From: Candidatus Methylomirabilis limnetica
GTDB lineage: Bacteria > Methylomirabilota > Methylomirabilia > Methylomirabilales > Methylomirabilaceae
Length of the DNA: 32,000 nucleotides
NCBI RefSeq assembly: GCF_003044035.1
Contig: NZ_NVQC01000013.1
Span: 30,001-62,000, forward strand
Reading direction: 5' to 3'
The notes under the pieces are model-generated. The model saw nothing but the letters and a program-made list of their open reading frames with translations, was not told where the DNA came from and ran no database searches. The position numbers and the translations under genes were made by a program. Positions 12,916 to 20,153 of this stretch are shown here, in pieces; positions within the stretch are counted from its first letter, which is position 1, and each line of letters begins with the position of its first letter.

Positions 12916-13339
12916 GCGCCTCTTCGCCGACACCAATCTTTTTTTGCGCTACCTGACCAACGATGTGCCGGAACAGGCAGAGGCCGTCGAGCAGGTGCTC
13001 CGTCGTGCAGCGGCTGGAGAGCTGGTCCTCGTGACGAACACACTGGTCATGGCGGAGATTGTGTGGACACTGGAAACCTTCTACCAACTCCCGAGAAGTG
13101 ACATCAAAGACAAGGTATTGGCCATCCTGAACACCCCTGGGCTCGAGGTGGCGGATGGCGACCTGATGCTGCAAGCCATGACCTGGTATACGGAGAAGAA
13201 TGTGGGCTTCATCGATGCCTACAATGCGGCCTGGATGCGAGGCGTGGGGTTGATGATTGCCTGCACATTTGACCGAAAACACTTTTCCCGCCTCGAAGGG
13301 GTGACCGTGATGGTTCCGGGAGCCGATCCTCCCGGCTAA
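12905..13339 (+). CDS. vapC: PIN-domain ribonuclease toxin
   Basis: Acidic residues in the expected PIN positions: LFADTNLFL, VMAEIVW, GFIDAYNAAW, CTFDRKHF. Confidence 0.85.
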   Translation: MTPERLFADTNLFLRYLTNDVPEQAEAVEQVLRRAAAGELVLVTNTLVMAEIVWTLETFYQLPRSDIKDKVLAILNTPGLEVADGDLMLQAMTWYTEKNVGFIDAYNAAWMRGVGLMIACTFDRKHFSRLEGVTVMVPGADPPG

Positions 13340-13424
13340 CCTAACCTCCGCGCTCGACAGCGCGACGGATGATATTCGGGCCTCTCTTCGCCCCGAAAGT
13401 CCCCCTCGGCCGCCTGATCTGTAG

Positions 13425-13445
13425 GGGCGGGGTTTATCCCCGCCC
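13425..13445 (+). terminator. GC hairpin downstream of vapC (REP-like or terminator)
   Basis: GGGCGGGG-TTTAT-CCCCGCCC, an 8-bp perfect stem. No clear U-tract. Confidence 0.3.
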
Positions 13446-13508
13446 GGTAAGCAGGAGGGCGCACGAGGTATTGGTTGTATGAAGCTGACCGCAATGAGCG
13501 ACGTGTGA

Positions 13509-13552
13509 GACGACCTGGAGAGCCTCACCACCCTGGGCCGGTTAGAAATGGA
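13509..13552 (+). pseudogene. ghost copy of the 3' end of the 11441-11953 gene
   Basis: DDLESLTTLGRLEMD versus DDLESLIALGRLEMG. DNA similarity runs from GACGACCTGGAGAG onward. Confidence 0.5.
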
Positions 13553-13574
13553 CCGACCGCTGCTAACACGCAAA

Positions 13575-14268
13575 TGAACTTGCCTGCTGCCAATGAATGT
13601 GGTACGGTTCTTGCCATTGTATGAAGTTATACTCTGCTGCTCACATGGACTTAATAGGCAGCGCCAAGGCCGCCTACGCGGCGTTGCTGGAGTCCTTGAT
13701 GAAGTGGGTCGTAGTGGTCCTGTCTGGCCTTAAGGGGGTCAGGCTGATCAAGATGGAGTAACGGTGGCGACCATGACCATCAAGGCGAAACCTAGGGTGT
13801 AGTGAACATGTCCGTAACAGAGCCGTTAAAAGAGATCAGCGCGCGCTACAACCTTGGGGCGGTGTATGCCTTCGGCAGCCGAGCGACCGAAGTCGTCAGC
13901 CAGGTGTACGGTGAAGCGACATCACCGCAGTTTCCTGAGTCGGATGTAGACATCGGGGTACAGCCTCTCCCAGGTCACCGCCTGACGGCACAGGAGCGGG
14001 TCCGGTTCTCTATCGAGCTGGAGGACCTGCTCGGCGTCGGCCGTGTGGATCTCGTAGTGCTACCGGAGGCCGATCCGTTTCTTGCACTGGATGTCATTCG
14101 GGGGGAGCTCCTGTGTTGCGCCGACGCCGACGCCCAGGCGGAGGATGAACTCTACGTCTTGCGGCGAGCTGGGGACCTGGCGCCATACGCCCGTGAGCGT
14201 TGGCAGTTGATCCTCTCGGGTGAGACAAGATGACTCCTGGGCAGTTGCGCGCCAAGATCGTGGCGGAG
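13575..14268. repeat. segmental duplication, copy 2 (partner 3154-3845)
   Basis: See copy 1. The same order of junction motif, NTase 5' fragment, MNT gene and DUF86 start. Confidence 0.9.
13802..14233 (+). CDS. minimal nucleotidyltransferase (MNT)
   Basis: VYAFGSRATEV...PESDVDIGVQ. Paralog of the gene at 3379-3810. Confidence 0.85.
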   Translation: MNMSVTEPLKEISARYNLGAVYAFGSRATEVVSQVYGEATSPQFPESDVDIGVQPLPGHRLTAQERVRFSIELEDLLGVGRVDLVVLPEADPFLALDVIRGELLCCADADAQAEDELYVLRRAGDLAPYARERWQLILSGETR

Positions 14269-14475
14269 CGAGCGGCGTGGATCCGGCGGATGGTGGCCTC
14301 CCTCCGGGCTTTGCCTGGGGAGAGTTTCGAGACCTTTCAATCAGATTCCCGCAACATCGCTGCAGCCGAATCGTATCTGCGCCGGGCATTGGAGGCGCTT
14401 CACCTTCCCGATTCCAAAAGTGAGAGTGGTAGAATTCTAGTGGAGGAGGGATGTTATACTTGCCGAGTATATTGA
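14230..14475 (+). pseudogene. DUF86/HepT-type HEPN gene truncated before the catalytic motif
   Basis: ATGA-coupled MTPGQLRAKIVAERAAWIRRMVASLRALPGESFETFQSDSRNIAAAESYLRRALEAL is DUF86-like. From about 14400 the sequence is unrelated and there is no R-x4-H. Confidence 0.65.
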
Positions 14476-14482
14476 CAAGGCT

Positions 14483-14725
14483 ATGGAACAAGCCGTTTAT
14501 GAGATTATTGAGGACGAACGAACGTACTGGGGAGAGATTCCTGGTCTTCAAGGTGTGTGGGCGCGTCATGCTACGTTAGAGGGTTGCCGACGTGAACTCC
14601 GTGAGGCGCTGAGTGACTGGATGGCGTTGCGTTTGCGACTGGGCCTAGCGATTCCCGTTGTAGCAGGTATTGATCTGAATCAAATTACACAGCACTCGAT
14701 GTGCCGTGCGAGCCGTCAGGTCTGA
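14483..14725 (+). CDS. hicB: HicB-like (UPF0150) antitoxin domain protein, no intact HicA nearby
   Basis: YEIIEDERTYWGEIPGLQGVWARHATLEGCRRELREALSDWMALRLRLGLAIP matches the HicB N-terminal domain pattern. Confidence 0.65.
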   Translation: MEQAVYEIIEDERTYWGEIPGLQGVWARHATLEGCRRELREALSDWMALRLRLGLAIPVVAGIDLNQITQHSMCRASRQV

Positions 14726-14758
14726 GGTCGCGGAATCGAGTTCCCAGAAGAGCATCCG

Positions 14759-15118
14759 ATGGAGACAACGGACCGAATATACAGCGCCAGGGCTGCCTAC
14801 GCGGCGCTGCTAGAGTCCTCGCTGAAGCGGGTTGTAACGGTCCTGTCCGGCCTTGAAGGGATCAAGCGGATCAGCCTCGTGGGGTCCTATGCCCGGGGCC
14901 GGGCCGATCTGTTCACCGATCTCGACATCCTGGTGGTGATGGACACGGATCTCAGCTTTATCGACCGCCTTCGCATGTTGTACCCGCTCCTGGCCCTGCC
15001 CGTGGACCTGGACCTGCTGTGCTATACCCCTGGGGAGTTAGAGCGGATGCAGGACCGACCGTTCATAAAGCATTTGCGTCGAGAGGAGGTAGTCCTCTAT
15101 GAGACGAGCACCTCGTGA
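14759..15118 (+). CDS. nucleotidyltransferase-domain protein
   Basis: [25 protein letters not shown] ... [13 protein letters not shown]. Confidence 0.85.
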   Translation: METTDRIYSARAAYAALLESSLKRVVTVLSGLEGIKRISLVGSYARGRADLFTDLDILVVMDTDLSFIDRLRMLYPLLALPVDLDLLCYTPGELERMQDRPFIKHLRREEVVLYETSTS

Positions 15119-15530
15119 AGAGGGCGCCAGATGGCTGCAACAGGCCGTCGAGGATCTGCGGTGGGCCGAAGATCTGGCAGAGCGCGGCGGGTATCACATT
15201 GCCTGCTTCCTGGCCCAGCAGATCGGCGAAAAGGCCCTCAAGGGGTTCCTCTATGCGCAGGGCGAGGAGATAGTGATAGGTCATTCAGTCGAGCGGTTGT
15301 GCCGAGCGGCTGCCCGCTATGACCCAGCATTCGACCAACTGGTCGCGCGGTGGTCGATCTTGGATGGCTATTACATCCCGACTCGATATCCAAACAGCGT
15401 ACCCGACAGCATTCCGGCCCATATCTTCACTCGAGATGCCGCGGGGGAGGCGGTGCGCTTGGCGAGAGAGATCGTGACCTACGTCACCGATCGACTCGGT
15501 CGGATGGAGGGTGAAGGTGGTGGAGGATGA
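15099..15530 (+). CDS. classical HEPN-domain protein
   Basis: [41 protein letters not shown]...YYIPTRYPN. 20-nt overlap with the NTase gene. Confidence 0.85.
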   Translation: MRRAPREEGARWLQQAVEDLRWAEDLAERGGYHIACFLAQQIGEKALKGFLYAQGEEIVIGHSVERLCRAAARYDPAFDQLVARWSILDGYYIPTRYPNSVPDSIPAHIFTRDAAGEAVRLAREIVTYVTDRLGRMEGEGGGG

Positions 15531-15721
15531 ACCAAGACCTTGCTACCCAATCGGCTGGAGCAGATGGAGGTACGGTGGCGAGCACGACTCATACACGATG
15601 GGCTTCGTTAAGTGACCCTCTCTTCAAAGAGGGACTCTGTCTGACCCTTGGGTTGTGCGGGCAGCACCAAGCAATCGTGGGGACCGGTACTGCCCTCATT
15701 TCGTTCGCGAACCGCTGCCTG

Positions 15722-15819
15722 GTCATTGCGAGCGACCAACGGGAGCGTGGCCATCCAACCGTTCTGCCTTCCTGATCGTGAAGAACCGTGAGATTGCTTC
15801 GCCTTCGGCTCGCAATGAC
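15722..15819. repeat. REP-like inverted repeat (GTCATTGCGAGC ... GCTCGCAATGAC)
   Basis: 12-bp perfect arms at 15722-15733 and 15808-15819. The sequence type (CATTGCGAGCG...GCTCGCAATGAC) is a common bacterial REP/MITE motif. Confidence 0.6.
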
Positions 15820-15895
15820 GCGTAGAGTGGCCTTCGAGCCGGGGACACTCTCTCCAGTGGGCTTGAATTAGGACACTACCGTGGGGATCTCATCC

Positions 15896-16042
15896 ATGCG
15901 CATCGGCGTAAACACCCTCCCGCTCTTCCCCGGCCAGATCGGCGGGATGGAGACATACACGACTAATCTCTTGACGCACCTCACTGCAATCGACTGCCAA
16001 CATACCTACCACCTCTTTGTGGCCCACCATAACCGTGGTCTC
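15896..16042 (+). pseudogene. GT4-family glycosyltransferase, 49-codon 5' stub
   Basis: MRIGVNTLPLFPGQIGGMETYTTNLLTHLTAIDCQHTYHLFVAHHNRG is a typical GT4 N-terminus. The reading frame runs straight into repeat family 2 at 16043. Confidence 0.6.
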
Positions 16043-16228
16043 TTGAATCCACTGGGGGTTCATTCCCAGCGGCTTGCCGCGAGTTCGTCATACCGGCGGA
16101 GGCCGGTATCCAACAGGGCCCGACTGGATTCCCCCCCCGTATCAAGTACGGGGCAGGCGTGTCAAGCACGGAATGACGGGCCAGAACGGAAGACGATACC
16201 CTGCAGCTTGCTGCGGGGTCCTTCATTG
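16043..16228 (+). repeat. REP/MITE-like repeat family 2, copy 2
   Basis: Same modules as 12384-12510, plus GTCAAGCACGGAATGACGGGCCAGAAC ... CTGCAGCTTGCTGCGGGGTCCTTCAT, which is shared with 27028-27095. Confidence 0.8.
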
Positions 16229-16342
16229 CGCGGTGTCAACGCCCGAACGTCGTCACGGTGCCGACCTTGAGTGTGCAGAGCTTATGGAAGAGGCTACCTC
16301 CGTCTAAGAGCTTGCCTGGCAATGATGGATATTGTGAGACGG

Positions 16343-16450
16343 TTATTACTCAGAGCATAAAATAGCTTACCCCCCTTTAGCAAAGGGGGGTAAGGGGGGT
16401 TTTGAACGGTCGGTAAAACCCCCTCAATCCCCCTTTCGTAAAGGGGGAAG
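16343..16450. repeat. 73-bp dispersed repeat copy 2 plus a degenerate GC-hairpin unit
   Basis: 16343-16415 matches 12011-12083. 16416-16450 (AAACCCCCTCAATCCCCCTTTCGTAAAGGGGGAAGTTGCTGG) resembles the hairpin core and right arm of the 133-bp MITE family. Confidence 0.8.
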
Positions 16451-16554
16451 TTGCTGGAGATGTTGTGCGAGAGTGCAATCTACTTTATGCTCCCCCGTAA
16501 TATCTGGCACTGATGAGTATTGTGAGACGGTTAATAGCAGAGAGAGGGGCGCAC

Positions 16555-17079
16555 ATGACTGAAGCACTCAAGAAGGATCACCAAACGGTCACGCCGGAGG
16601 GGAAAGCCGTCCTCCCGCTCATCCATGATGTGCGCCTCCGCTCAGCCATTACCCATCCGGATGAACGCGGAACCATTTGCGAGATTTATAATCCGGCCTG
16701 GAACTTTTCCGATGCCCCTGTGGTGTACGTGTACCAGGTGACCCTGCGTCCAGGGCGAGTCAAGGGTTGGGTGGTCCATTATCAGCAGGATGATCGCGTG
16801 TTCGTCAGCCAGGGAACCTTGAAGATTGTGCTGTACGATCCCCGCAAGGAATCGCCCACGCATGGAATGCTGAATGAGCTGTGTATCAGTGAACACAACC
16901 GAGGGTTGTTGTTTATCCCGCGCGGAGTCTACCATGTCCTTCAGAATGTTGGGACGACCGACGTGATGTTCATCAACATGCCGACACGCGCGTATAACCA
17001 CGCCGACCCAGACAAGTATCGCCTCCCGCTGAACAATGATCTGATTCCGTATCGCGTTGACGATCGGTTAGACTGGTAG
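16555..17079 (+). CDS. RmlC-like cupin sugar-nucleotide epimerase family protein
   Basis: HPDERGTICEIYNPAW...VYQVTLRPGRVKGWVVHYQQDDRVFVSQG...LFIPRGVYHVLQNVG. ATG 16555 (GAGAGGGG upstream) preferred, because 16513-16540 is repeat-derived. Confidence 0.7.
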   Translation: MTEALKKDHQTVTPEGKAVLPLIHDVRLRSAITHPDERGTICEIYNPAWNFSDAPVVYVYQVTLRPGRVKGWVVHYQQDDRVFVSQGTLKIVLYDPRKESPTHGMLNELCISEHNRGLLFIPRGVYHVLQNVGTTDVMFINMPTRAYNHADPDKYRLPLNNDLIPYRVDDRLDW

Positions 17080-17106
17080 CGCAGGCGGTCGAAGAGAAAG
17101 AGATTG

Positions 17107-17955
17107 ATGGATTTGCCCCCACCCCTAGTCAGCGTCATCACCGCAACATACAATTGGAGCAGCGTCCTGCGCTATGCCATTCAGAGCGTCTTGTGGCAAA
17201 CATGCCAGGACTTCGAAATGCTGATTATCGGCGACGGGTGTACCGATGATTCTGAAGAGGTTGTGGCATCGTTTCGCGATTCCCGTCTGCGGTGGCACAA
17301 CCTTCCGCACAATTCGGGCAGTCAATCCACCCCAAACAACGTGGGCCTTGAACTGGCGCGTGGCAAATACGTTGCGTATCTCGGGCACGACGATGTATGG
17401 TATCCTAGGCACTTGGCCATGCTGACCAAGGCCGTACAGGAGACGGATGCAGACCTGGCCTATTCGCTGGCGGTCATGATCGGTCCTCCCGGCAGCGGAG
17501 TGCGCGTGTTAACGGGATTGTCTGGATCGGGCCACTACGAACGGGGTATGGGCCTGCCACCCTCATCCGTTATGCACACGCGGGAGTTGGTCGATCACAT
17601 TGGTGGCTGGAAGGACTACCGGACTCTACGCATACCACCGGACCTCGAATTCGTTCTTCGCGCCCATGATTACGGAACCCGTTTCACAGCAGTCAATGCC
17701 CTCACCGTGTTCAAATTCAACTCGGCATGGCGGCGCAACTCGTATCAGGACAAGCCGTCGCATGAGCAAGCCGAATATGTCCGCCGTATCCAGGAAGATC
17801 AGGACTTCCTGGTCGTTGAACTCCTGGAGATTGCAGCCGCCTACGCCCTCAATCGGCCTCGCTCGCCGATTGCGGTTCCACCAGAGGACGTCATCGATCG
17901 GATGCCCCCCGGCTGGCAGGTGAACCAGTGGCGTCGGATTCGCGGACTGAAATAG
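17107..17955 (+). CDS. family 2 glycosyltransferase
   Basis: VSVITATYNWSSVLRYAIQSVLWQTCQDFEMLIIGDGCTDDSEEVV...YLGHDDVW. Confidence 0.9.
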   Translation: MDLPPPLVSVITATYNWSSVLRYAIQSVLWQTCQDFEMLIIGDGCTDDSEEVVASFRDSRLRWHNLPHNSGSQSTPNNVGLELARGKYVAYLGHDDVWYPRHLAMLTKAVQETDADLAYSLAVMIGPPGSGVRVLTGLSGSGHYERGMGLPPSSVMHTRELVDHIGGWKDYRTLRIPPDLEFVLRAHDYGTRFTAVNALTVFKFNSAWRRNSYQDKPSHEQAEYVRRIQEDQDFLVVELLEIAAAYALNRPRSPIAVPPEDVIDRMPPGWQVNQWRRIRGLK

Positions 17956-17962
17956 CCGGAAT

Positions 17963-20098
17963 ATGAGACCGGCGGCCCTACTCCTGTATCTCCTCGCGCT
18001 GGTGTCCTGTTCCACCGGCTCGTATGTCCAGCGCCGGCAGATCGACCTCGACGCATCGATCGTACAACTCGCGATACCGTCTGTCATGTTTACCGGAGAA
18101 GGCGGTCCTGCAACGGTTCGCGTTCGCAATACCGGATCGGCCTCCTGGACGGCTGCTGCCAATATCAATCTCAATCTCAGCTACCAGACATCCGGCGGCC
18201 GACCAATGACGGTCGGACCAGGCCGCGTGTTACTGTTTCCCGACGAGGTAGTCGAGCCCGGCAGCGAGAAGTCCTTCGCTTTTGACCTTCGAGCGCCGGA
18301 GATTCAGGAACAGATCACCATCAGCCCGCAGATGGTGCTCGAATCTTCCAGGTATTTTGGTCGGCGAGTCCCCGTGATCACCACTATCCTGTTTCCGCCC
18401 CCGGCGCTCGTCGAGCCGGCGGAGGGCGCCACACTCGATGATGGATCGCCGCCGACTCTTCGCTGGGCTGCCATCGATGGCGCAGCCGGCTACACTCTTA
18501 TCCTCCTGGCCCCCCTTCTTGACCGGTCCCTCACGTTCTCTCAGATTGCCTACCCTCATTTCCAAATCCCACCAGAAACATGGGCTGCGACTTCAAGCGG
18601 CCGCTATTTCTGGGGAGTGGCAGCCGTTGATGCTCAAGGCATGGCGGGGGCTTTCACAATGCATAGCTTCAATAAGACTCGACCCTACCCGGAGCCGGCT
18701 CCGCTCTCCGGAGTACCTTTTCCGATCCCCCTTGGTCCGGGAGATGCGACGACGCACGCCGATCCGGTGACTGTTCGCTGGACTCCGCTCGCTGATGCGA
18801 CCTCATATCATGTAGAGTTCACCCTTCCAGACGGACGAGTTGTTCTCGTGGATATCACGACGCCGGAGTTTACCTTCTCACCTGAACAGTGGTTCTCCCT
18901 CCCAGCCGGTCATTATGTCTGGCGGGTTACCGCCAATGGCCCAATGGGACCAGGACCTGTCGGCCCGCCGCTTCGCTTTACAAAGATCACAACCGACCGG
19001 CCCGGTTCCCCTGACACATTCGGTCTCGATGAGCACATCTTTCCGATCGACCCAAGCAAGTGGCCGGAGGCGGCTGTTGAGCAGGGAATGACCATGCTCC
19101 AGCAGGCTGGAGTCAAGTGGGTGAAGGTCGCTATCCAATGGGCCTTTATGCAATCAGCAGACGGAACGTTCGACTGGACGGTCCCCGATCGTTTCGTCGC
19201 CAAGGCCAGAGATCACCGGCTTCACCTCGTATGGATGCTCTCGACACCGCCTGCATCCCTCCTTGATCCCTCCGCCAGGCAAGTTGCCCCATATTACCAA
19301 CTCATCCCGGACATTCCGGCTGACTGGAATGATCCGGCGGGTTACTCGCCGACATTCTTCACCTTCATGAAGCAGCTTATCGCCCGATATAAACCATACA
19401 GCCACGTTGTTGGGTCCCCCACGTACGGCCAATTGTACGGGGTGCAGCACTGGGCGATGGGGGTCGAGGCGAACAATACCATCTTCGGAAAGATCGGCCC
19501 GGAGCAGTACTTGAAAGGATGGTTGAAACCTGCCTTCCTGGCCAAGCAGGAGGTCGATCCTGAAGCGAAAATCCTGGCTATGTTGGCCTACATCCCTGAT
19601 CCCCTGGGGACGATACTGGGCCTTCCTGATCCCGCGTTGCAGAATAACGTGATCGACTATGTGAACCGGCTCCGAGATCTGGGCGCGCCTGATTTCTTCG
19701 ATATCGCCGGTGTATCGATATATACCGATGCGAAGCGCGGCCCTGAGAGTCTCGAGAAGGCTAACTCGCTCGATCAAACCGCTGTTCGCCGCGGCGTTCG
19801 CCTGATGAGGACTGCGTTCCCTGGGAAACCGGTCTGGGTCACAGAGGCGGGCTGGGGCGCCGACCTGCGTGAGAAAGGCGACGGACAATGCGTCTCACTT
19901 CAAGAGCAGGCGGTCTACGTTCCTATCCTCTACGATACCGCGATGGCCGAAGGCGCAGAGAAGGTCTTTTGGTTTGGGTTCCGAGACTCACTTCAGGAGG
20001 GGGAATTCCCGTGCGGCCCCTGGCTGGGGTTGGTCGATCTGCACTTTACGCCCAAACCATCATGGGAAGCCTATAGGCGAAAGATTGGTGGGCGGTAG
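17963..20098 (+). CDS. lipoprotein with tandem Ig-like repeats and a C-terminal clan GH-A-like glycoside hydrolase domain
   Basis: Lipobox LALVSC at residues 12-17. Two related segments with W-x-x-(I/L)-x-G/D-A-x-x-Y (TLRWAAIDGAAGYTL; TVRWTPLADATSYHV). TIM-barrel-like C-terminal part with candidate acid/base (WAMGVEANN) and nucleophile (VWVTEAGW) glutamates. Confidence 0.7.
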   Translation: MRPAALLLYLLALVSCSTGSYVQRRQIDLDASIVQLAIPSVMFTGEGGPATVRVRNTGSASWTAAANINLNLSYQTSGGRPMTVGPGRVLLFPDEVVEPGSEKSFAFDLRAPEIQEQITISPQMVLESSRYFGRRVPVITTILFPPPALVEPAEGATLDDGSPPTLRWAAIDGAAGYTLILLAPLLDRSLTFSQIAYPHFQIPPETWAATSSGRYFWGVAAVDAQGMAGAFTMHSFNKTRPYPEPAPLSGVPFPIPLGPGDATTHADPVTVRWTPLADATSYHVEFTLPDGRVVLVDITTPEFTFSPEQWFSLPAGHYVWRVTANGPMGPGPVGPPLRFTKITTDRPGSPDTFGLDEHIFPIDPSKWPEAAVEQGMTMLQQAGVKWVKVAIQWAFMQSADGTFDWTVPDRFVAKARDHRLHLVWMLSTPPASLLDPSARQVAPYYQLIPDIPADWNDPAGYSPTFFTFMKQLIARYKPYSHVVGSPTYGQLYGVQHWAMGVEANNTIFGKIGPEQYLKGWLKPAFLAKQEVDPEAKILAMLAYIPDPLGTILGLPDPALQNNVIDYVNRLRDLGAPDFFDIAGVSIYTDAKRGPESLEKANSLDQTAVRRGVRLMRTAFPGKPVWVTEAGWGADLREKGDGQCVSLQEQAVYVPILYDTAMAEGAEKVFWFGFRDSLQEGEFPCGPWLGLVDLHFTPKPSWEAYRRKIGGR

Positions 20099-20153
20099 CC
20101 TGAATGGAAAACGATAACAGATCCGGTCATCTCTGCTGTCGGGGAAGGACACC

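Noticed and set aside
15527-15775. 82-aa ORF after the HEPN gene
   Set aside because: Its 5' part matches the non-coding spacer found upstream of the MNT duplicates (GATGGAGGTACGGTGGCGAGCA), and its 3' part is the REP-like inverted repeat (VIASDQRERG is the typical translation of that repeat).
16503-16520. Sigma54-type promoter suggested by TGGCAC at 16505
   Set aside because: The -12 element is absent (TGGCAC-N5-AGTAT instead of TTGC). The related copies of the motif have GGCAA/GCCAA, so the TGGCAC is incidental.
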